Origin: Pseudomonadota bacterium
GTDB taxonomy: Bacteria; Pseudomonadota; Alphaproteobacteria; Caulobacterales; Parvularculaceae
Direction of reading: 5' to 3'
Assembly (NCBI GenBank): GCA_039198765.1
Contig: JBCCTF010000001.1
Span: forward strand, 1-56,122
Length of the DNA: 56,122 nt
A program made the position numbers and the translations under genes. Numbering within the stretch: position 1 is the stretch's first letter; every line of letters begins with the position of its first letter. Below are positions 50,948 to 56,122 of this stretch, piece by piece. The notes beneath the pieces were generated by a model that saw only the letters and a list, made by a program, of their open reading frames with translations, was not told the DNA's origin and searched no databases.

Positions 50948-52162
50948 ATGATCTTGAGCCGCGCGTGCGCCCTTCTTTTGGCGAGCACATTTCTTCAGTC
51001 CACGGCCTATGCCCAGAGCGGCGAGGTCCGGCGCGCGTTCGCGAAGCCAATCGCGATTGATCGTCCGACCGGCATGATTTCTTTGCCGCTCGAAGAACGC
51101 GGCGGCAAGCTCTACATCTCCGCGTTGATTGAGGGGACTTCGGGCACGTTCATTTTTGATACTGGCTCGCCCACCATGCTGTCCAAGGATCTCGCGACAC
51201 AGCTGGGCCTCAAGATCATTGGCCAGAACACGGGCGTGGATGCCAACGGAACGCCGGTGACAACAGAGATCGCCGTGATCGACGAAATCAACCTCGGCGG
51301 CATCAGGTTTCAAAACGTTCCCGTGACAGTCTTCGATTTTGCATCTGTACCTATGGGACCGTGCATCATCGGCGACGGTATCATCGGTTCCGAGCTCCTC
51401 CCGCGCAGTGCATGGCGCATCGACCTTGACCGCGAGATGATTGATATTGCTCCGTCTGCTGCAGAGTTTGGTGAAGATGAAAGTCAACAAGAAGCACCAC
51501 TCACCCCGGCAGGCTATCCGCACATGCCGATCGTCGGATACTCCGTAAACGGATTTAGCGACAATGCCCTCTTCGACACGGGCAACGCTGGCTCGGTCGT
51601 CCTGTTCAAAGAGATCACCAAGGATCGTCAGGTCCGCAAGGCGATCAAGCGCGGCTCTGATCAGCGCGGGCGGGGATCAGAGGGCGTCTCCGCTGGAGGT
51701 ATGGGCGCCGAAGTGGACCTGAGACGCTTCGAACTCGAGGGCTTTAAGATCGGACCAAACGATATCGGCGCTGTCACGGCGACCACGCGGCAAGTGCCGC
51801 CGACGCTCATCGGCACAGGTCTCCTCGCCAAGAGCGTCGTCGTCCTCGACTATCCCGCCGGGGCCTTCCGCTGGCACCCTCGGCAATCACCGCAAAAGAA
51901 GCAGCCGCACCAAGGCTTCGGCGTCTCATTCGTCGAAGGCAAAGCACAGGTGGTCCAGCTCTACGACGGCTCAGCCGCCAAGAAGGCAGGCCTCAAACTC
52001 GGCGATGAAGTCCTATCGCTATCGAAACGGTCCGCGTCGGCAAATACGGATGAAGAACGCTGCGACCACCTCCGTTGGCTCATCAGCGCGCCCGAAGCCG
52101 CCCAGGCCACGTCGGTGACCGTCCTCAGGAACGGTCAGCCGAAAACGTTCGATCTTAAGTGA
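50948..52162 (+). CDS. Secreted aspartyl protease (two retropepsin-like domains plus PDZ)
   Basis: Signal peptide; FIFDTGS and ALFDTGN; GIIG; SAAKKAGLKLGDEV PDZ motif. Confidence 0.85.
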   Translation: MILSRACALLLASTFLQSTAYAQSGEVRRAFAKPIAIDRPTGMISLPLEERGGKLYISALIEGTSGTFIFDTGSPTMLSKDLATQLGLKIIGQNTGVDANGTPVTTEIAVIDEINLGGIRFQNVPVTVFDFASVPMGPCIIGDGIIGSELLPRSAWRIDLDREMIDIAPSAAEFGEDESQQEAPLTPAGYPHMPIVGYSVNGFSDNALFDTGNAGSVVLFKEITKDRQVRKAIKRGSDQRGRGSEGVSAGGMGAEVDLRRFELEGFKIGPNDIGAVTATTRQVPPTLIGTGLLAKSVVVLDYPAGAFRWHPRQSPQKKQPHQGFGVSFVEGKAQVVQLYDGSAAKKAGLKLGDEVLSLSKRSASANTDEERCDHLRWLISAPEAAQATSVTVLRNGQPKTFDLK

Positions 52163-52924
52163 TCAGTCGCGGAACTCCGGCTGCTCGCGCTCAAGCTTCC
52201 TGATCATCGCAGGCCAGACGAGACTATCCGCGGTCAAGGCGATGCCCATCTTCGCGATCTGCGCGTTCTTCTCCATCACGTCCTCAGCGATCGGATAGAG
52301 GTCGCGGTTCCCGGCCAGCGTCGCCACCTGCATCGCGCAAGCGCGCTCGAGGAAGTACATCCGCGTGAACGCCTGACCGACCGAGCGACCCACGCTCAAC
52401 GTGCCGTGGTTGCGGAGGAGCATGGCATTGGTCTCGCCAAGATCCGACTGCAGGCGCGGACGCTCGTCGTGGTCCATCGCGACGCCTTCATAGTCGTGAT
52501 AGCTCAGATCGCTCAGCACCAGCTGCGCCGTTTGGTTCAGCGGCAAGAGGCCCTCGGCGTGCGTCGAGACCGCCGTCCCCGCTGTCGTGTGCAGGTGCAT
52601 CACGCACTGTGCATCCTCGCGACCCATGTGGACCGCGGAATGGATGGTGAAGCCCGCCGGATTCACTTCGAACGGACTGTCGTCGATTTTGAAGCCGTTG
52701 GTGTCGACCTTCACCAAACTCGACGCGGTGATCTCTTCGAACAGCATGCCGTACGGGTTTATGAGAAAATGATGATCCGGCCCCGGCAAACGGGCGGACA
52801 GGTGGGTGAACACGAGGTCGTCCCAGCCGAACATCGCGAAAATCCGATAGGCGGCCGCAAGGTCGCAGCGAATTTGACGCTCTTCAGCAGACATGGATGA
52901 CGGGTGCGCTTGGGTGGTGCTCAT
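52163..52924 (-). CDS. Class II aldolase/adducin family protein
   Basis: THLSAR, INPYG..FEEITASSL, GFTIHSAVH, HLHT, LRNHG; GGAGG SD. Confidence 0.93.
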   Translation of the reverse strand: MSTTQAHPSSMSAEERQIRCDLAAAYRIFAMFGWDDLVFTHLSARLPGPDHHFLINPYGMLFEEITASSLVKVDTNGFKIDDSPFEVNPAGFTIHSAVHMGREDAQCVMHLHTTAGTAVSTHAEGLLPLNQTAQLVLSDLSYHDYEGVAMDHDERPRLQSDLGETNAMLLRNHGTLSVGRSVGQAFTRMYFLERACAMQVATLAGNRDLYPIAEDVMEKNAQIAKMGIALTADSLVWPAMIRKLEREQPEFRD

Positions 52925-53155
52925 TTTCCCTCCGAAACAATCGAGACGAACTGTGATCAGCCTCTTCGCGGACAGGCATACAGCACCGCGCGAAAAGACC
53001 AAATGGTCAGTCGCGGATCAGCTGACCTGACATGACTTTCAGAAGTCTTGGTACGGAACCGCCGTAACTTTTATTGCGTCGCGGCGAAAAATTGGTGAGG
53101 ATAAATCTGCCAGCCGGTGACACCGGCGCTTTTTGCGTCGGTTGGGGAGAGAGCG

Positions 53156-54124
53156 ATGAGCCGACGGCCATTGGAACTGCTGCTTGCAACGCCGCGTGGT
53201 TTTTGCGCTGGCGTAGAGCGGGCCATCGATATTGTGGAGCTGGCGCTGCAGAAATACGGCGCGCCGGTCTACGTTCGCCATGAGATCGTCCACAACAAAC
53301 GCGTGGTCGAGACCCTGCGCGCCAAGGGCGCCAAGTTCGTCAAAGAGGTGGACGACATCCCCGTCGGCGCGGTGGCGATTTTCTCTGCTCATGGCGTGGC
53401 CAAACGGGTTGAGGAATCCGCGACCGGCCGCAAGCTTGATGTTCTGGACGCCACCTGCCCCCTCGTGACCAAAGTCCATAAAGAAGGCCGCCGGTACGCA
53501 GGCCGCGGTTACGACGTGGTCCTGATCGGCCATCTGGGCCATCCGGAAGTCACCGGAACGCTCGGCCAAATCGATGGCACCGTGCACGTCGTCGGCACCG
53601 TCGAAGACGTCGCCAAACTCGAGGTGGCAGACCCTGAGAAGGTTGCATTCGTCACTCAAACGACGCTGAGCCTCGATGACACTCGCGGGGTGATCGAAGC
53701 GCTGAAGAAGCGTTTCCCCTCCATCATCGGCCCCGACACTCGAGACATCTGCTACGCCACCCAGAACCGCCAAAACGCGGTCGCTCACCTGGCCGATCAC
53801 GCAGACACGATCCTTATCGTTGGCGCGAAGAACAGCTCCAACTCCAACCGCCTGCGCGACCTTGGTGAGCAGAAGGGCTTGCCTTCCTACCTGATCGACG
53901 ATGCTGATGCGCTCGACCCCGCGTGGTTCGAGAATGCGCAGAAAGTCGGCATCTCCGCCGGCGCCTCCGCTCCTGAAGAACTGGTCCGCGAGGTCATCGC
54001 CAAGCTTGGCACTTGGTTCGATGTGACCGAACGACCGCTCGACGGCGCAGAAGAAAACGTCCACTTCAAACTCCCGCCAGCGCTTGCCGATATGCAGCGC
54101 GACAAGGCGGAAGTTGTCGCCTAA
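53156..54124 (+). CDS. ispH: 4-hydroxy-3-methylbut-2-enyl diphosphate reductase
   Basis: [37 protein letters not shown]. Confidence 0.97.
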   Translation: MSRRPLELLLATPRGFCAGVERAIDIVELALQKYGAPVYVRHEIVHNKRVVETLRAKGAKFVKEVDDIPVGAVAIFSAHGVAKRVEESATGRKLDVLDATCPLVTKVHKEGRRYAGRGYDVVLIGHLGHPEVTGTLGQIDGTVHVVGTVEDVAKLEVADPEKVAFVTQTTLSLDDTRGVIEALKKRFPSIIGPDTRDICYATQNRQNAVAHLADHADTILIVGAKNSSNSNRLRDLGEQKGLPSYLIDDADALDPAWFENAQKVGISAGASAPEELVREVIAKLGTWFDVTERPLDGAEENVHFKLPPALADMQRDKAEVVA

Positions 54125-54166
54125 CCTGAACCCAAGCGAGAGCAAGAACAGCCCGGAGCGCCGCCC

Positions 54167-55342
54167 ATGTCCGTCCCCGTTCGTCAGCAAGCCGCGGTCG
54201 CCGCTTACATCGCCAAGCAGAAGCTCTTGGGCCGGAAGCGCTATCCGCTGGTCCTGATGCTCGAGCCGCTTTTCCGCTGCAACCTTGCGTGTGCGGGCTG
54301 CGGGAAGATCGACTACCCCGCGCCCATCTTGAACCAACGCCTGACGCCAGAGCAGTGCTGGCAAGCAGCCGAAGAATGCGGTGCGCCGATGGTGGCGATC
54401 CCCGGTGGTGAGCCGCTCATTCACAAAGAGATTGGCGAGATCGTCCGTGGCCTGATCGAACGGAAGAAGTACATCAGTCTGTGCACGAACGCTCTCCTTC
54501 TTGAGAAGAAGCTCGATCTGTTCGAGCCGAGCCCCTACCTCTTCTTCTCCGTCCACCTCGACGGCCTTGAAGAGCAGCACGACGAAGCGGTCTGCCAGGA
54601 AGGCGTCTTCAAGAAAGCCATCGCCGCGATCAAAGTCGCCCAAGACCGCGGCTTCCAAGTCAACGTCAACGCGACGATCTTCGATGGATATCCTGTCGAT
54701 GAGCTTGCTGACTATCTCGACTACGCCGCGGAACTGGGCGTGAACGTCTCCATGTCGCCGGGCTTCGCTTACGAACGCGCGCCTGATCAGGAGAGCTTCT
54801 TGAACCGTCAGAAGACGAAGCGTTACTTCCGCGAGCTGTTCAAAATCCGCGACGACCGCGGCTCGAAATGGACGCTTGCGCACTCTGATCTCTATCTCGA
54901 TTTCCTCGCCGGGAACCAGGAGATGCAGTGCACACCGTGGGGTATGCCGACCTACAACGTCTTCGGCTGGCAGAAGCCTTGCTACCTTCTCGGCGAAGGC
55001 CATGTCGAAACCTTCCGTGAGCTGATGGAAGAAACCGACTGGGACAGCTACGGCACCGGCGCCTATGAGAAGTGCAACGACTGCATGGCCCACTGCGGTT
55101 ATGAGCCAACGGCCGCCGACATCTCGTTCTCTAAGCCTTGGAAAATGCTCCCGATCTTGATGAACGGCATCAAGACCGAGGGGCCCATGGCGCCGGAGAT
55201 CGACCTCCGCTCCACGCGCCCAGCCATTGATGTGCATGAGGAAATCGTCGACGCCAAGATGGCCGAGCTGGAAGCAGAACGGCAGCAAAAGGCCAAGTCC
55301 AAGCCTTCAGCATCCGCCAAAACGTTGATCAACAACGTCTAG
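54167..55342 (+). CDS. hpnH: Adenosyl-hopene transferase (radical SAM)
   Basis: YPLVLMLEPLFRCNLACAGCGKI, CTPWG, CMAHCGYEPTA; canonical ispH-hpnH pair. Confidence 0.95.
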   Translation: MSVPVRQQAAVAAYIAKQKLLGRKRYPLVLMLEPLFRCNLACAGCGKIDYPAPILNQRLTPEQCWQAAEECGAPMVAIPGGEPLIHKEIGEIVRGLIERKKYISLCTNALLLEKKLDLFEPSPYLFFSVHLDGLEEQHDEAVCQEGVFKKAIAAIKVAQDRGFQVNVNATIFDGYPVDELADYLDYAAELGVNVSMSPGFAYERAPDQESFLNRQKTKRYFRELFKIRDDRGSKWTLAHSDLYLDFLAGNQEMQCTPWGMPTYNVFGWQKPCYLLGEGHVETFRELMEETDWDSYGTGAYEKCNDCMAHCGYEPTAADISFSKPWKMLPILMNGIKTEGPMAPEIDLRSTRPAIDVHEEIVDAKMAELEAERQQKAKSKPSASAKTLINNV

Positions 55343-55357
55343 CGATCAGTATAGATA

Positions 55358-56005
55358 CTATTCCTGAGACGGCGCGCTTTGGCGCCTCTCAGCCATAATC
55401 CGGCCAAAAGCCTGGGGCCACTTGGCTGGTACCTCTTCACCAACCAACGGCGCCAGTGCCTCAAGCCCTGAGTCCTCCGCCACCATGAACCGCACAAACG
55501 CGGACTCAAAGATATCGGGGATCCGTTCGCCATTGCTATCGTCAAGAGTGAGCGCAAGGGAGAAGGTCTCACCGGCGCCATCATTCAACTGAGCAATGGA
55601 ATAAGCGCGACTGATCTCGGCAAATTCGTCCGTGTCGAAATAAACGACGAGACCCGCAGCAACCGCCGCATCAAGCGCACCGGTCTGAACCTGGGGAAGT
55701 CCAAACCCGCGGTACATCTTCCGATATAGCTCATCCGCCCCAACCGCGCCGCGTTTGTAGTCCTGGATCACGGTATAGTATTCAAGGTGGTAATCACGGG
55801 CGAAATTCAGTTCACGGAAGTTTGTCTCCATCTCCGCCTGAATAGCCGCCCGCGACTGCGCGATGAGATCATCCAGGTCCTTACCCGCCCGTCGCTCGGC
55901 CAGGTAACCGCCTAAAAAGACACCGAAAACGATGGCCGCGAACTCAAGCGCAATGAACCATATTCCGCGGTGGTAGATCACCGTTTGCTGTGTCTTCCTA
56001 GCCAT
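55358..56005 (-). CDS. Hypothetical protein with N-terminal TM anchor
   Basis: GGAGGG SD; LEFAAIVFGVFLG TM followed by a helical segment. Confidence 0.7.
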   Translation of the reverse strand: MARKTQQTVIYHRGIWFIALEFAAIVFGVFLGGYLAERRAGKDLDDLIAQSRAAIQAEMETNFRELNFARDYHLEYYTVIQDYKRGAVGADELYRKMYRGFGLPQVQTGALDAAVAAGLVVYFDTDEFAEISRAYSIAQLNDGAGETFSLALTLDDSNGERIPDIFESAFVRFMVAEDSGLEALAPLVGEEVPAKWPQAFGRIMAERRQSAPSQE

Positions 56006-56026
56006 CCGCCCCTCCACTACGCCAAC

Positions 56027-56122
56027 TTAGCTGGCCGGTGTGATCAGGTATTTCTCACCCGTCCGCCGCGCATTGTACTTGGCGATGTTCTCTGGCTGCA
56101 ACGCCTCAGCGAGCGTGAGCTC
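56027..56122 (-). CDS. 3' end of a probable zinc-binding dehydrogenase/NADH oxidase-like protein (partial, runs off window)
   Basis: Translates ELTLAEALQPENIAKYNARRTGEKYLITPAS*. Confidence 0.55.
   Translation of the reverse strand, partial: ELTLAEALQPENIAKYNARRTGEKYLITPAS

Noticed and set aside
53039-55288. 749-aa antisense ORF spanning ispH and hpnH
   Set aside because: Codon-aligned shadow of two well-supported genes that happen to share a frame; composition is typical of antisense translation

Overview
GC-rich (roughly 60-65% by eye) chromosomal segment of an alphaproteobacterium. CenR, DUF3576, PutA and the miaB-phoH-ybeY-corC-lnt-HTH-metK-trmB-rimP-nusA string point to the Caulobacterales/Parvularculales neighbourhood, which is an inference. 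The window is mostly housekeeping genes (sdhB, zapE, mdh, rplS, trmD, holA, lptE, leuS, yggS, cenR, miaB, phoH, ybeY, lnt, putA, metK, trmB, rimP, nusA, ispH, hpnH) repeatedly interleaved with single accessory genes. I found no rRNA, tRNA, CRISPR, prophage or transposase. The most interesting locus is 8807-10263 (minus strand): a DUF2946/CruR/CutF-like leader ORF with a non-canonical Cys/His signature and a C-terminal RGPP arrest motif. Its Pro-Pro codons can pair with the Shine-Dalgarno of a downstream Met/His-rich outer-membrane barrel that does not look TonB-dependent, suggesting a ribosome-stalling, metal-responsive uptake switch. Other highlights are a palindromic repeat sitting in frame in a small gene inside rimP-nusA, a SahR-like operator before metK, a terminator in the rimP leader and several re-wired operons. 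All family calls come from motif recognition only; no searches were run.
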